Assembly: GCA_963833985.1 (NCBI GenBank) | Contig: CAWIAD010000002.1 | Span: 4,704,001 to 4,768,000, forward strand | DNA length: 64,000 nt | Reading direction: 5' to 3' | DNA from: an uncultured Planctomycetaceae bacterium | GTDB lineage: Bacteria > Planctomycetota > Planctomycetia > Isosphaerales > Isosphaeraceae | Shown: positions 63,228 through 64,000 of the stretch, one piece after another | Numbering within the stretch: position 1 is the first letter of the stretch | Layout: every line of letters starts with the position of its first letter | Translations under genes and position numbers: made by a program | The notes under the pieces: generated by a model | Told to the model about the DNA's origin: nothing | The model's input: the letters and a program-made list of their open reading frames with translations, nothing else | Databases searched by the model: none

Positions 63228-64000
63228 GGGCCTGTCCGTTTCACCAGGTATCGCGAGAGCATCTCGTCGAACGGCGTGGCCGTGTCGGTGAGCACATAAT
63301 CAAACTGGCAATCCGCGCAGATCTTGCGCTGGCGGGCGATGAACGCGTCAAGCTGGCGGCGATACTCGTCGCGCACGTACGCGGGGTCGACCTGGAGCCG
63401 CTCGCCGGTCTCCATGTCCACGAAGCTGGCGGTGTCGCGGAACGGGAAGGTGATCTCGGCATGGTCGAGCACGTGAAAGACGATGACCTCGTGCCGCTTG
63501 TGGTGGAAATGGTGCAACGCTCGGTCCACCGCATCGGGGTCGTCGTAGAGATCGCTGATGAGGAGCACGAGGCAGCGCCTCTTGAACCGGTCGGCCAGGC
63601 GGTGCAGGGTGGCGCCCAGGCTGGTGGCGCGGCCGGGCTTGACGGCCTCGAGCTGGCGCATCATCTCGTCGAAGTGCCGGGGCGAGCTGCGCGCGGGCAG
63701 GTCCAGCCGGACCTTGGTGTCAAAGGTGGTCATCCCCACGGCGTCCTGCTGGCGCATCATGAGGTAAGCCAGGATGGCGGTGAGGAACGAGGCGTACTGG
63801 AGCTTGGTGATTCCCGGCGGCTCGCCGTAGGCCATCGAGGCGCTGCAATCCAGCAAGATCTGGGCGCGGAGGTTGGTCTCCTCCTCGTACTGCTTGATGT
63901 AGAGCCGGTCGGTGCGGCCGAGCACGCGCCAGTCCAGGTGCCGCGGGTTGTCGCCCGGCGTGTACTTGCGGTGCTCGGCGAACTCCACGGAGAACCCCTT
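63224..64000 (-). CDS. DUF58-family protein (5'-truncated by the window edge)
   Basis: G.SVEFAEHRKY.PGD…LDW…YIKQYEEE, LDCSASM, ISD. Confidence 0.93.
   Translation of the reverse strand, partial: KGFSVEFAEHRKYTPGDNPRHLDWRVLGRTDRLYIKQYEEETNLRAQILLDCSASMAYGEPPGITKLQYASFLTAILAYLMMRQQDAVGMTTFDTKVRLDLPARSSPRHFDEMMRQLEAVKPGRATSLGATLHRLADRFKRRCLVLLISDLYDDPDAVDRALHHFHHKRHEVIVFHVLDHAEITFPFRDTASFVDMETGERLQVDPAYVRDEYRRQLDAFIARQRKICADCQFDYVLTDTATPFDEMLSRYLVKRTGP

Overview
A GC-rich bacterial window whose gene content points to a planctomycete, probably Isosphaeraceae-like (inference from DUF1552/DUF1592, DUF4058, YdjY, an ECF sigma factor with a C-terminal extension, and a large PilM-secretin cluster). 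From left to right it holds: a type IV pilus/T2SS-like cluster (pilM, two membrane proteins, a giant secretin); an ABC exporter; a ~7.4 kb accessory island (17.0-24.4 kb); a hoxEFUYHW group 3d [NiFe] hydrogenase operon; treS-maltokinase; a PLP enzyme; a PP2C phosphatase; an M16 peptidase; a prenyltransferase-repeat protein; a GNAT; a PQQ dehydrogenase; an esterase; a double hybrid histidine kinase; an ECF sigma factor; DUF4058; DUF1592/DUF1552; a lactonase; and BatA/DUF58. About ten genes are broken by single-base indels, most likely long-read consensus errors. The island is the most interesting part. Four toxin-type modules (an unknown gene plus a HEPN-like gene, Fic, Phd plus a dead ParE, ParD-like plus VapC) are separated by REP-like palindromic repeats that share a CTGAC core. 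It also carries a remnant of a REP-associated tyrosine transposase (RAYT), amplified by nested duplications that all end at the same base. A complete group II intron sits exactly inside one arm of such a REP palindrome, and its EBS1 is complementary to the REP core. All calls come from reading motifs; no database searches were run.
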